Origin: Lachnospiraceae bacterium
Lineage (GTDB): Bacteria; Bacillota; Clostridia; Lachnospirales; Lachnospiraceae
DNA length: 64,000 nt
NCBI GenBank assembly: GCA_021202465.1
Contig: JAJQCZ010000033.1
Coordinates: 18,616 to 82,615, forward strand
Direction: 5' to 3'
A program made the position numbers and the translations under genes. Every line of letters begins with the position of its first letter. Positions within the stretch are counted from its first letter, which is position 1. The notes under the pieces are model-generated. The model was not told the origin of the DNA, did no database searches, and saw only the letters and a program-made list of their open reading frames with translations. This document shows, one piece after another, positions 43,280-53,151 of the stretch.

Positions 43280-43645
43280 ATGACAGGTCAATGCTCCGGC
43301 AGCTATACGCCGGATTATGCGATGAGACGCCGGAATCAGGAATGCGGATGCCGACGCTCTCCCCGTCCTGAGGGAAGACCCGACATGCCCGGACATCCCG
43401 GGCGTGATGCGGGATCTCCGCCTCCCGTCGGCGGTCCCTGCTGCAGCCCGGCGCCCCGTCCCCGTTCCGGCATGGCGCCTGAGGCAGCTGTTTCCTCTGA
43501 TATCGATCAGTTCCCGGTCGGCATGACATATGTGCCCTGGCAGACATGGCAGAACCTCTACGAAGCGGAGTACGGCTTCCAGGTCGGCACGATCTTCGGG
43601 GACCTCGACTATCCCTGGGAAGTGGGGAGGTGCTGCCGACGATGA
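43280..43645 (+). CDS. cotJA: Spore coat-associated protein CotJA (with a Cys/Pro/Arg-rich N-terminal extension)
   Basis: The C-terminal FPVGMTYVPWQTWQNLYEAEYGFQVGTIFGDLDYPW is the CotJA signature. AAAGGAG RBS before 43280. The stop overlaps the cotJB start. Confidence 0.8.
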   Translation: MTGQCSGSYTPDYAMRRRNQECGCRRSPRPEGRPDMPGHPGRDAGSPPPVGGPCCSPAPRPRSGMAPEAAVSSDIDQFPVGMTYVPWQTWQNLYEAEYGFQVGTIFGDLDYPWEVGRCCRR

Positions 43646-43905
43646 AAAATCCCACTGAAAAGCAGAAACTGATGAAGGATATTTACGTGTACGGCTTCGC
43701 CGTAGACGACGTCAAGCTTTATCTCGACACCCATCCCGGCTGCTGCGAGGCACTCGCTTATTTCCACCGGATGCAGGACGCCCTTGAAACAGCCCGGCAG
43801 AATTACACGGAGGCCTTCGGTCCCCTGGAGGCCATCGACGTGGATGTGGCCGACGGCTGGACCTGGATTCGTGACCCCTGGCCCTGGGAAGGAGGTGCCT
43901 GCTGA
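43642..43905 (+). CDS. cotJB: Spore coat protein CotJB
   Basis: Internal ATG at 43642. FAVDDVKLYLDTHP...A..F and PW.WE motifs. Confidence 0.85.
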   Translation: MKNPTEKQKLMKDIYVYGFAVDDVKLYLDTHPGCCEALAYFHRMQDALETARQNYTEAFGPLEAIDVDVADGWTWIRDPWPWEGGAC

Positions 43906-44510
43906 TGTGGCAATATGAAAAACGTCTTCAGTATCCGGTGCATATCACCCGGACCGACGCCAAACTGGCGCAGTTCATCTCCAGCCAGTACGGCGGCCCC
44001 GACGGCGAGATGAGCGCCTCCCTGCGCTATTTATCTCAGCGCTACACGATGCCCTTTGCGGAAGCAAAGGCCCTGTTGACGGATATCGGCACGGAGGAAT
44101 TAGCACACATGGAGATCATCGCCTCCATCGTGCGCCAGCTCACGCGTGACCTGAGCATGGAGGAGATCGAGGCATCCGGCTTCGGCCCGTATTATATCGA
44201 TCACACCACCGGCATCTGGCCCGCCGCAGCCGCCGGTATCCCCTTCAACGCCTGCGAGTTCCAGTGCAAGGGCGACGGCATCACCGATCTGGTGGAAGAC
44301 ATGGCGGCCGAACAGAAAGCCCGCAGCACCTACGACAACATCCTCCGCGTCGTGAAGGAGGAAGAGATCTGCGACCCCATCCGCTTCCTGCGGCAGCGGG
44401 AGATCGTCCATTTCCAGCGCTTCGGCGAAGCCCTGCGCCTCGCCAAGGATAACATTGACACTCCCAACTTCTACGCCTTCAACCCGGCCTTTGACCGGGA
44501 GGAGAAATAA
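43905..44510 (+). CDS. cotJC: Spore coat protein CotJC (manganese catalase family)
   Basis: YGGPDGEMSASLRYLSQRY...EELAHMEI ferritin-like motifs. 1-nt overlap with cotJB (TGATG). Confidence 0.9.
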   Translation: MWQYEKRLQYPVHITRTDAKLAQFISSQYGGPDGEMSASLRYLSQRYTMPFAEAKALLTDIGTEELAHMEIIASIVRQLTRDLSMEEIEASGFGPYYIDHTTGIWPAAAAGIPFNACEFQCKGDGITDLVEDMAAEQKARSTYDNILRVVKEEEICDPIRFLRQREIVHFQRFGEALRLAKDNIDTPNFYAFNPAFDREEK

Positions 44511-44536
44511 GCGCGGGAATCCCTTTAAAAAACAGA

Positions 44537-44570
44537 GCCCGGGAGCACATTGCGTGCCTCCGGGCGTTTT
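44537..44570 (+). terminator. Intrinsic terminator after cotJC
   Basis: GCCCGGGAG-cacattgcgtgc-CTCCGGGC followed by GTTTT. Confidence 0.65.
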
Positions 44571-44638
44571 CATCACACCACTTTCTCCATCAGGTCCTCG
44601 ACCCCGCGGCACTGCCGCGGGGTCTTCCTGCACTGATA

Positions 44639-45526
44639 TTAATCCCGATCCACCTCTTTTTCAAGGATTTTTCCACTGGTGGCATTGATGGTGTAGTCAT
44701 ACTCATATCCGTTATAGTCAAAGCTGACTTCGTATACAACCACGCCATTTTCCTTATCCTTCTCTACTTCCAGATCATACACCTTAGATTCCGTAGCTCC
44801 CGCATCCGTCAAAGCTATGGATTTGGCTTTCGCCGTTCCGATGTAGCTGGTAGAAGAGCTGCTCTTTGCTGTAGTCGTTACCTTATACACATCAGAGAAA
44901 TCTCCGTAATACTTATTTTTACCGGAATCCGAAATCAGGTACGCCCGAACCTTAAACTTGTATGTGGTTCCGCTGCTCAGTCCGGAAATTGTTGCACTGG
45001 TGCCGCTTACGGTTGTCTTGCGCACATATTTATTCTGTGCCGTATCGTAGATGTACACCTGATATTTGGTTGCCCGGCTCACTTTACTCCACTTCAATGT
45101 TACTGATGTGGTTGTCTTTGCAGAGGCCTTCAGATTCTCTACCTCTTCCGGTTCCGTGTAGGTGGTGAGAGTTGCCGAATACGAACCAAAGGTCGTTTTG
45201 CCATTGCTCTTCGTATAAGCTCTGACTTTGAATTTGTACTTCGTCGCTGATGTCAGGTTCTCTACTTCATACCTGTTCTTCGACGTTGTCTTGATCTTCT
45301 TCCACTTTCCTGTGCTCGTGTCGTAGCGATAAATCTGATATCCGGTTGCCCCTGATACTTTCGTCCATTTGAGGGTCAGTTCATCGTCATCCCTCACCGC
45401 TACCTTCAGGCCCGACACTTTTGCCGGTGCACTTGCCGCCTGTACGGTAGTTCCTAATGCACCGATTCCTAAAAACATTGCGATCGCCAGAGTGGTTACG
45501 GCCAGTTTTGCTAAAAATTTCTTCAT
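44639..45526 (-). CDS. Secreted protein with two fibronectin type III domains and a C-terminal PepSY-like domain
   Basis: Signal peptide ending TVQA. Two repeats of V.GLK......L.L.W.KVSGATGYQIY / KYKFKVRAY. The C-terminus is I..AKAK.IAL.DAG......Y.LE.....G..VYEV.F, which is PepSY-like. Confidence 0.7.
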   Translation of the reverse strand: MKKFLAKLAVTTLAIAMFLGIGALGTTVQAASAPAKVSGLKVAVRDDDELTLKWTKVSGATGYQIYRYDTSTGKWKKIKTTSKNRYEVENLTSATKYKFKVRAYTKSNGKTTFGSYSATLTTYTEPEEVENLKASAKTTTSVTLKWSKVSRATKYQVYIYDTAQNKYVRKTTVSGTSATISGLSSGTTYKFKVRAYLISDSGKNKYYGDFSDVYKVTTTAKSSSSTSYIGTAKAKSIALTDAGATESKVYDLEVEKDKENGVVVYEVSFDYNGYEYDYTINATSGKILEKEVDRD

Positions 45527-45685
45527 AGTCTTTGTCCTCCTTTTTCTTTTTTGCTGGTCGAATAACCGCCCGGAAACAAGTGTAATCTCTGTCTCCTGTT
45601 TGGTTCTCTTTTATTTGATGACCTCAGTATAAAGGAGAAACATTAGAGGGAAATTAGAAGAACAATTAAAATTATTTTTTCAGAC

Positions 45686-46333
45686 TCAACAATCCACTTT
45701 CTCCATCAGATCCTCAACGCCGCAGCACAGCGCTCTGGACAGCCTGACCAGATACTCGGCCTGCGCCTTATTGATATTCTTTTGCCGCTGTTCGTATTGC
45801 TGGATGGTGCGAACCGGCACGCCGGACAGCACGGCGAGTTCCCGCTGGCTGAGGCCGGCTCTCCGGCGCAGAGATTTCAGGTTTGTCTCCGGCTTGGCTG
45901 CCCGATACAGTTCCGTCATTTTGTCGCAAAACTGGCGGATATCCATTTCGTGACAGGGGGAATACAGACTGAGGATGGTTCTAATGGGCACATGACGGAC
46001 AATTTCTGCAAAGCTCATGGCCGTCTCCCACTGATAGTAAGCCAGCGCCCAGCCGGTCCAGTATTCCTCGCTGCGGTCAACCGTGTACCCGGGTCTGACG
46101 CGCTTGATTTCCCTGCCGGATAATTCGAGGACCGTGTAAGCCAGCTCCACACCGGACATTCCTGCGATCAGAGAGAAGTCCCCCTGTTCAAACCTCCGGG
46201 CAACTCCGGAGGTGATAAACAGATTGAAGAAATCCTCAAGATCGTACGCCAGATCATAGACCGCAAAGTCCAGCATCCGCCCCAGAGAAGTCCGGGCTTT
46301 GCCCAGATACACCTTATCGTAAGCGTGAATCAT
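45686..46333 (-). CDS. Two-domain protein: uncharacterised N-terminal domain plus C-terminal XRE-family HTH
   Basis: The C-terminal LKSLRRRAGLSQRELAVLSGVPVRTIQQYEQRQKNINKAQAEYLVRLSRAL is a canonical Cro/C1 HTH. It overlaps the upstream DUF3990 gene by 20 nt. Confidence 0.75.
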   Translation of the reverse strand: MIHAYDKVYLGKARTSLGRMLDFAVYDLAYDLEDFFNLFITSGVARRFEQGDFSLIAGMSGVELAYTVLELSGREIKRVRPGYTVDRSEEYWTGWALAYYQWETAMSFAEIVRHVPIRTILSLYSPCHEMDIRQFCDKMTELYRAAKPETNLKSLRRRAGLSQRELAVLSGVPVRTIQQYEQRQKNINKAQAEYLVRLSRALCCGVEDLMEKVDC

Positions 46334-46991
46334 CTGCTTTCATCTCCTCATCCATAATCCGGGTGATATAAAGGTCTCCCCGTTGGCGACGGTTACGCTC
46401 CACATCAAAGTATTCCCGGCGGGCGGACTTATCACGAAGCATCTTTTTCGTATACCATTCCTCCCTGTCCGCGATCTCATAGCCAATGAACTGAATGCGG
46501 TTAAATGCTTTCCGGCTTTTCAGGGCGAACTGCTGTCCCAGTTTGCCCAGGTGCATCGCATTGTTCAGCTGCCGATAGGAGATCGTACCATTGATGAAGT
46601 CCTGCGCGAAGGAGAAATAACTATCATCCGCCCGATAGCCGATGATCGCGTCATACTCCTGGTAATTCACTGCAAAATTGGCAAGGATATATTCTTTCGC
46701 ATCCAGAGCCAGCCCGGAGGGCACATCGAATTCCCGGTTCTCCAGCAGAACAGCCAGCCAGTGCAGGATGCAGAACTCTGCACTGTTCAGATCCAGGATC
46801 TGCAGGCCATCACATTCCAGCTCATAACAGTTGGCATAACCGCTCCTGTCCGGAGACACGCCCCATTCCTTCGCCATTTCCAGACTGTCCGTGCAGTAAA
46901 ATCCCAGGCCATAGTCGTTATAACGTTTGTCATACCCAAATCTGGGGTGCTCAATAATATCCGATGATCCATGATAGAGTTTGCGAATCAT
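46314..46991 (-). CDS. DUF3990-family protein (ADP-ribosyltransferase-like motifs)
   Basis: From internal Met (MIRKLYHGSSDII...) preceded by GGAGGA. LYHGS, DYGLGFYCT and YDAIIGYRADD match my recollection of DUF3990. Confidence 0.7.
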   Translation of the reverse strand: MIRKLYHGSSDIIEHPRFGYDKRYNDYGLGFYCTDSLEMAKEWGVSPDRSGYANCYELECDGLQILDLNSAEFCILHWLAVLLENREFDVPSGLALDAKEYILANFAVNYQEYDAIIGYRADDSYFSFAQDFINGTISYRQLNNAMHLGKLGQQFALKSRKAFNRIQFIGYEIADREEWYTKKMLRDKSARREYFDVERNRRQRGDLYITRIMDEEMKADDSRLR

Positions 46992-47119
46992 AAAAACGTC
47001 CTCCGCCTCATTTATACTCCTTAAGGAGTATAAAGTCAAGTGTTGATTAATAAAAGAACGGGCAATTCACCAGAATCGCCCGCAGCAGCACAAAGGGCTT
47101 TGAAGATGTCATATAGCTC

Positions 47120-48118
47120 TTACGGATCACAGATCTTACAGGGTTCATACCCCATCCCGATCACGTCGTCGCGGCTCCCGGTATATTCTTCCCTGTTCTT
47201 CTCACTCATCCGCTCCACGGCGGAGCAGGAAGGGAGATGGAATTTCTTCGTATTGGTATTGAGGATATATGTGCGACCGCTGCTTTCCACAGTGGCTACC
47301 GTTGTTATCTCTTCTTCCGTCTCTTCCGCTGAGGCAGTCACTGTACCATCCGCGGAGGTATACCCAGTCGCATAATCAATCGTTACGCCGGGCTGCACAT
47401 TGTAGCAGTAAACATTGAAACAAATCCCCTCCCCCTCATCCTCGACCGACCAGGCCTCCATCAGCACGCCGGAGGCCACCAGATTGTCTCCGTCATAGAC
47501 CGGCGTCACACGGTACAGGACATGATACTCCATCTCCCGCACGAAGTCGGCGACCATATTTTCAAAGGGAAGCATTCCTTCGAGGTTGAGATAGCGGGTG
47601 CCGGTGATCAGGTTCTTCTCATTCGCGCTTTCTCCCGCCAGCTGGAAGCCGATCAGATGACAGCGGTTGTAGACGTATCCGTCCTCGATGAAATCATAGG
47701 AAGCGTTGTGCCAGCCGGAGGGAATGATCTCACGAATGGATTCCCGCGCTTCGGTCGGCATCAGTTCTGTACAAAGATTCGCATAGGCGACGCCGCAGCG
47801 GCCCAGAGAATCCAGATCACTGTAGGTCTCGAAGACTTCCGTCGTGTACTCATCCTCGGTAAAAAACGGTTCGTTATCATTCACCGTGACATATGTCTCG
47901 CCGGAATATTCTGCGATCTCGGAAACTGTCACCGTACTCCCGGCCTGCGCGGCGGCTCCCACAGAATCCTCTTCGTTATGCTCCGTTGACCCGGCAATCG
48001 TTTCCGCGGTGGTGAGCGGCGCTTCCGCCGTCTTCGTATCCTTCGACCCGCCGCCGAGAGCAGAGAGCGCCAGGATAACGACCAGCACAACCGCTGCGCC
48101 TTTTATTATTTTCTTCAT
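47120..48118 (-). CDS. Secreted/anchored DNA/RNA non-specific endonuclease (EndA/Endonuclease_NS_2-like) with a C-terminal Cys-rich motif
   Basis: N-terminal hydrophobic anchor. YNRCHLIGFQLAGE resembles the (D/N)RxHLIA active-site motif of DNA-entry nucleases. The C-terminus reads KKFHLPSCSAV...EPCKICDP. Confidence 0.7.
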   Translation of the reverse strand: MKKIIKGAAVVLVVILALSALGGGSKDTKTAEAPLTTAETIAGSTEHNEEDSVGAAAQAGSTVTVSEIAEYSGETYVTVNDNEPFFTEDEYTTEVFETYSDLDSLGRCGVAYANLCTELMPTEARESIREIIPSGWHNASYDFIEDGYVYNRCHLIGFQLAGESANEKNLITGTRYLNLEGMLPFENMVADFVREMEYHVLYRVTPVYDGDNLVASGVLMEAWSVEDEGEGICFNVYCYNVQPGVTIDYATGYTSADGTVTASAEETEEEITTVATVESSGRTYILNTNTKKFHLPSCSAVERMSEKNREEYTGSRDDVIGMGYEPCKICDP

Positions 48119-48543
48119 TCGTCTCCTCTCCCGTCCCGAAGGTAGGTTTCCTGCGTGATTTTCTCATGCGATGAACCGACAAAATTCTCTGTTGACACCC
48201 TCCGCCAGGCAGAAAGATCCAGGTCGAAGGTAACATCGCCGGGATATGTGCGATTCCATTTGAACAGGATCACCTTCTCGATCTGCGCTTCATAAGACAC
48301 AAGAGCTGTGTTTTCCACAAAGCAGAATTCGCCCGGCCCGGCCTTCTCCATAAAATGATCATCAACACAGATCAGTCCCGTATCCATCTGATCTCCAAAT
48401 TGCTTTGCAGTATAGGCGTTCATCCAGACAATCCTTCCCCCGGCCAGAGACAGAACGCGCTGACGCAGAACCCGGTCCTGGCTCTGCCGCCGGCTGCCGA
48501 ACATCATCCCTCCACGGTCATCGACCACCGCGATCACGATCAT
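48115..48543 (-). CDS. Small DHFR-fold-like protein of unknown function
   Basis: MIVIAVVDDRGGMMFGSRRQS... and ...KVILFKWNRTYPGDVTFDLDL resemble dihydrofolate-reductase/RibD_C topology. It has 4-nt overlaps with both neighbours. Confidence 0.45.
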   Translation of the reverse strand: MIVIAVVDDRGGMMFGSRRQSQDRVLRQRVLSLAGGRIVWMNAYTAKQFGDQMDTGLICVDDHFMEKAGPGEFCFVENTALVSYEAQIEKVILFKWNRTYPGDVTFDLDLSAWRRVSTENFVGSSHEKITQETYLRDGRGDE

Positions 48544-49937
48544 CTGTTTTCATTCTCCCGGCGCAGCGCCGCCAACGCCTCGCCGATATTTCGTACGCCG
48601 ATCAGGCGGATGCCGGGTACCTCCCCCAGACGTCTCGCGGCGCTCGCGGGCAGGATACAGGTATCAAACCCCAGCTTCAGCGCCTCGTTGACACGGCGGT
48701 CCGCCTGGGAGACGCCGCGCACCTCCCCGGCCAGGCCCACCTCGCCGAAGACCATCGTTTTATCGCCCACCACGACGTCCTGATAGCTGGAATAAAGCGC
48801 CGTGACGATCCCCAGATCGAGTGATGGCTCGGAGAGCCGCATGCCCCCGGCGATGTTCACATAGGCGTCGCACTCCGCCAGCCGTAGTCCCATGCGCTTC
48901 TCCAGCACCGCCATCAGGAGGTTGACCCGGTTGTAGTCTGCTCCGGCGGCCGTCCGTCTCGGATTGCCGAAATTACTGCGGCACACCAGCGCCTGAATCT
49001 CCAGCAGGACCGGGCGCGTTCCTTCCATGGCGCAGGTCACCATGGAGCCGCTGGCCCCCTCCGGACGGCCATTCAGCATGAATTCCGAAGGATTTTTCAC
49101 TTCATGGAGACCGTCCCCCTGCATATCGAAGACACCGATCTCATTCGTGGAACCGAAGCGGTTCTTCACGGCGCGAATGATCCGGTAGGAAGCGCTGCGC
49201 TCGCCCTCGAAGTAGAGCACCGTGTCCACCATATGCTCCAGCATCCGCGGCCCCGCCACAGTCCCCTCCTTGGTCACATGACCCACGAGGAAGATCGTGA
49301 TTCCCAGCCCCTTGGCCAGCTGCAGCAGCACGTTCGTCGATTCGCGCACCTGCCCCACACTGCCCGGCGCACTGTCGAGGTCCTCCCGGTACATCGTCTG
49401 GATTGAATCGATGATCACCACCTCAGGGCTGTATTTCCGTAAGGTCTCCGCCACCGTATCCAGATCCGTCTCACAGAGAAAGCTCAGGTTCTCCGTGAAC
49501 TCGCCCATGCGCTGAGCACGCATCTTGATCTGCCGCAGGGATTCCTCGCCGGAGATGTAGAGCACCTTCCGCCCGGCCGCTGACACATGACGGCACATCT
49601 GCAGCAGCAGGGTGGACTTGCCGATGCCGGGATCGCCTCCCACGAGGACGAGAGAGGCCGGGACGATGCCGCCGCCCAGCACGCCGTCCAGCTCGGAGAA
49701 ACCGCTCGTAAACCGCTCCTCCTGCATATTTTCGATCTGTGACAGAGTCACCGGCACGGCCTCCGGGCGCAGACCACGCCCGGTAATCCGCTCCTTCTTC
49801 GCCGCGCGCGGCGCCTCTACCAGGGTATTCCAGGCCTTGCAGGAAGGGCACTGCCCCTGCCATTTGGATGTCTCGCAGCCGCACTCGCTGCAGAAAAACG
49901 CCGTTGCTTTCGCCTTTGCCAAAATGGTTCCCTCCAT
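48540..49937 (-). CDS. radA: DNA repair protein RadA/Sms
   Basis: N-terminal Zn finger CSECG..14..CPSC, Walker A GDPGIGKST, the KNRFG motif and a Lon-like C-terminal domain. Confidence 0.95.
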   Translation of the reverse strand: MEGTILAKAKATAFFCSECGCETSKWQGQCPSCKAWNTLVEAPRAAKKERITGRGLRPEAVPVTLSQIENMQEERFTSGFSELDGVLGGGIVPASLVLVGGDPGIGKSTLLLQMCRHVSAAGRKVLYISGEESLRQIKMRAQRMGEFTENLSFLCETDLDTVAETLRKYSPEVVIIDSIQTMYREDLDSAPGSVGQVRESTNVLLQLAKGLGITIFLVGHVTKEGTVAGPRMLEHMVDTVLYFEGERSASYRIIRAVKNRFGSTNEIGVFDMQGDGLHEVKNPSEFMLNGRPEGASGSMVTCAMEGTRPVLLEIQALVCRSNFGNPRRTAAGADYNRVNLLMAVLEKRMGLRLAECDAYVNIAGGMRLSEPSLDLGIVTALYSSYQDVVVGDKTMVFGEVGLAGEVRGVSQADRRVNEALKLGFDTCILPASAARRLGEVPGIRLIGVRNIGEALAALRRENENR

Positions 49938-49982
49938 AATATAGAAAAAGGGCCGCCCTGCGGCGGCCCCGATGCTTTGTTC

Positions 49983-50396
49983 TTACCTCTTCGTGATGCG
50001 GACTTCGACGCTCTGCCCCTCCTCCATCTCGACGCCGATGGACAGCTTCCCGCTGCGGTTGGTCTCCATCAGGCCGTGCTGTTCGCCGTCGTAGGTGATG
50101 AGATACTGAGTGGACTCCGCCAGTTCCACGGTGATCTCGCAGTCCCGATAACTCTCGACCCGGAAGGACAGCCCGTCCTCTCTGGCCGCGAACTGATGCA
50201 CCGCCGTCCCGGGCACCGACTCATAAACGAAGGCTCCGTTCTTCTCCAGCTTGGTGATCTCCCGGAAGGTCTTCACCTTATACAGGTCGCCGCCGAACTC
50301 GAAATCCTCCCGTTTTGTCTTCTTCTCCAGCGTGTAATCGCCGAAGCTGATGCTCCCGTTGGTCTCTCCCCGAAGCAGTTCCTTTACCACAGACAT
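49983..50396 (-). CDS. Hypothetical protein (137 aa from internal Met)
   Basis: AAGGAGGA RBS before ATG at 50396. There is no family I can name. Confidence 0.5.
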   Translation of the reverse strand: MSVVKELLRGETNGSISFGDYTLEKKTKREDFEFGGDLYKVKTFREITKLEKNGAFVYESVPGTAVHQFAAREDGLSFRVESYRDCEITVELAESTQYLITYDGEQHGLMETNRSGKLSIGVEMEEGQSVEVRITKR

Positions 50397-50632
50397 CTGT
50401 ATGTCCTCCTTCATTCGATCCCGGCATGCTGACCATCGCCCCATTCACGAACGGTGTCCGCCTGCCGACACGTTTGCGCGAACCTTCGCGCCCTGTCCCC
50501 TTCGTAGCCAATATGATATGATACAATGGCTCTGCGCTGATGCGCTCCCTTGTATCTTCAGTATACCGTTATTTTCGAATTTTCGCAATCAAAACAACCG
50601 CGTATTATACAATCTTCGGAAAATGTTGCCGG

Positions 50633-53092
50633 TCACAGAACCGCGCTCTCCGCCGCCTCACGCACCGGAGTAAGACGCAGTTCTCCCTGCGTCAGACCGA
50701 CCTTCACGGTATCGCCGAGAACGATGCGCCCGGCCAGCAGCTCGTCGGCCAGACGATCCTCCAGCCCGCTCTGCAGGGCACGGCGCAGCGGGCGGGCGCC
50801 GTATTTGCGGTCGAAACTGCGGTCAATGAACCAGTCCCGGGCCGCAGCCGTCACCGTCAGGCGCAGGTTCTGAGACTCCGCAACACGCCGCTCGATCTCT
50901 CCCAGCTGGATCCGGCAGATGTCCCGCATGTTCTCGCGATTCAGCGCATGGAAGACGATGGTCTCATCGATGCGGTTGAGGAACTCCGGCTTGAAAAGCC
51001 TGCGCACCTCTTCCATGACGCCCTTTTTCATGCGCTCGTAGTCCGCGCTCTCGTCGCTCCCGGCGGCAAAGCCCAGGAGCTTCGGCTCCACGATCCGCTC
51101 AGCGCCGACGTTAGAAGTCATGATGAGAATCGTATTCTTGAAATCCACCTTCCGCCCCTGCGCGTCTGTCACATGCCCGTCATCGAGGATCTGCAGCAGC
51201 ACATTGAATACATCCGGATGCGCCTTCTCAATCTCATCGAAGAGGATTACGGAATAGGGATTGCGGCGAACCTTCTCGCTGATCTGTCCTCCCTCTTCAT
51301 ACCCCACATAGCCGGGCGGCGAACCGATCAGGCGGGACACGCTGTGTTTCTCCATATATTCCGACATATCAACCCGGATCATCGCCGATTCCTGGCCGAA
51401 GACAGCCTCCGCCAGCGCCTTGCACAGTTCTGTCTTGCCCACACCGGTCGGCCCGAGGAAGAGAAACGAACCGATCGGGCGGCGCGGATCCTTGAGGCCG
51501 ATGCGCCCCCGGCGGACAGCCCGGGAAACGGCGGTCACCGCCTCGTCCTGGCCCACGACCCGGCGATGAAGCGTCTTCTCAAGCTTCCGCAGGCGCTCTG
51601 TCTCCTTCTCGGCCAGACGGCTGACCGGGATATGTGTCCAGCCGGCCACCACCTCCGCCACATCCTCCTCCGTGACGACGGCCCGGCCCCCCTTCGCTTT
51701 GCGCTGCTTCTGTCTCTCCCGGCGGGCGGACAGCTTCTGCTGCTCCTCCCGCAGAGCGGAAATGTCCTCGAAGCGCTGTTCGCGGATCGCGCGTTCCTTG
51801 GCCTCTTCCAGCTCCTGCCATTTCGTATCAAACGATTCCGCTGAAGCTCCGGCACAGCTTCCGGCCAGCCGGACACGCGAAGCCGCCTCATCCATGAGAT
51901 CCAGTGCCTTATCCGGAAGGAAACGGTCTCCCACATAGCGGGCGGACAGCTTCACCGCCGCCTCGACCGCCTCATCGGTGATCTCCGCCTCGTGATGGCT
52001 CTCATAGCGCGGACGCAGCCCCCGCAGAATCTCCACCGTCTCCTCCAGGGACGGCTCCTCCACCTGAATCGGCTGGAAACGCCGCTCCAGCGCCGCATCC
52101 TTCTCGATATGCTTCCGATATTCATCCACCGTCGTGGCACCGATCAACTGTACCTCCCCGCGGGAGAGGGCGGGCTTCAGGATATTGGCGGCATCCAGAC
52201 CTCCCTCGGAGCCTCCGGCGCCAATCAGCGTGTGAATCTCATCCAGAAACAGGAGGATCCGCCCGTCTCCGGCCACCTCCTGAATCACTCTCTTGATCCG
52301 CTCCTCGAATTCCCCCCGGTACTTGGTTCCGGCGACCATGGCTGACAGATCCAGCGCCAGGAGCCGCCGGTCCTTCAGGCTGTCCGGTACCTGTCCGGCA
52401 GCGATACGCAGGGCCAGACACTCCACGATGGCCGTCTTCCCCACGCCCGGTTCCCCGATCAGACAGGGATTATTCTTCGTGCGGCGGCCGAGGATCTGCA
52501 TCAGACGTTCCATTTCCTGCTCCCGTCCGATGACCGGATCCAGATTTCCCGCCGCGGCCAGGGCGGTCAGATCCCGGCTGAAACGATCCAGACAGGCGGT
52601 TCCCTGAGGGCGGCCGCCCTCCTCGCCGTCCGTCCGTAGAAGAGCGCCTTCCGGTCCCATGGCCTCCGCCAGCTCACCGCAGAGGCGGCTGTAGCCTACC
52701 TCCATGGTATTTAACAGACGGATGGCCACACAGTCCTCGTCGCGCATCAGCGCCAGGAGAATATGATCGCTGCCGACCACATCCTTACCCGCCTGCCGGG
52801 CGATCTCCCAGCTCAGATCCAGCGCCAGTGAGGCCTTGGGCGTGAGCTGCAGCCGTCCGTCCGGCTTCACCGGCTGCTCCGGCGCGATCAGCTGCGCCAT
52901 CAGCTGAAACATCCGCTCCTCCGTTACGTTCATGCGGTGAAGCACCTCGGCGGACATGCATTCCGTCTGCAGGATTCCCAGAAGCAGATGCTCTGTCCCT
53001 ACGTAACCGTGTTCCAGCGTGAGCGCCATCTTCTCTGCCTGGCGGAGCACCTGCTGCGCCTGCTTTGTCATGGGATATTTCCCTTTGGCCAT
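50633..53092 (-). CDS. clpC: ATP-dependent Clp protease ATP-binding subunit ClpC
   Basis: Clp_N repeats ([10 protein letters not shown]), two AAA+ modules (GEPGVGKT and GPTGVGKT) and a ClpB_D2-small C-terminus. An alternative start is at 53071. Confidence 0.92.
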   Translation of the reverse strand: MAKGKYPMTKQAQQVLRQAEKMALTLEHGYVGTEHLLLGILQTECMSAEVLHRMNVTEERMFQLMAQLIAPEQPVKPDGRLQLTPKASLALDLSWEIARQAGKDVVGSDHILLALMRDEDCVAIRLLNTMEVGYSRLCGELAEAMGPEGALLRTDGEEGGRPQGTACLDRFSRDLTALAAAGNLDPVIGREQEMERLMQILGRRTKNNPCLIGEPGVGKTAIVECLALRIAAGQVPDSLKDRRLLALDLSAMVAGTKYRGEFEERIKRVIQEVAGDGRILLFLDEIHTLIGAGGSEGGLDAANILKPALSRGEVQLIGATTVDEYRKHIEKDAALERRFQPIQVEEPSLEETVEILRGLRPRYESHHEAEITDEAVEAAVKLSARYVGDRFLPDKALDLMDEAASRVRLAGSCAGASAESFDTKWQELEEAKERAIREQRFEDISALREEQQKLSARRERQKQRKAKGGRAVVTEEDVAEVVAGWTHIPVSRLAEKETERLRKLEKTLHRRVVGQDEAVTAVSRAVRRGRIGLKDPRRPIGSFLFLGPTGVGKTELCKALAEAVFGQESAMIRVDMSEYMEKHSVSRLIGSPPGYVGYEEGGQISEKVRRNPYSVILFDEIEKAHPDVFNVLLQILDDGHVTDAQGRKVDFKNTILIMTSNVGAERIVEPKLLGFAAGSDESADYERMKKGVMEEVRRLFKPEFLNRIDETIVFHALNRENMRDICRIQLGEIERRVAESQNLRLTVTAAARDWFIDRSFDRKYGARPLRRALQSGLEDRLADELLAGRIVLGDTVKVGLTQGELRLTPVREAAESAVL

Positions 53093-53151
53093 AAGCTTTC
53101 AAATCCTCCTTCGCAGCACATCAGCCTCCGCTCCTGTGGCGAAGTGCAGTG

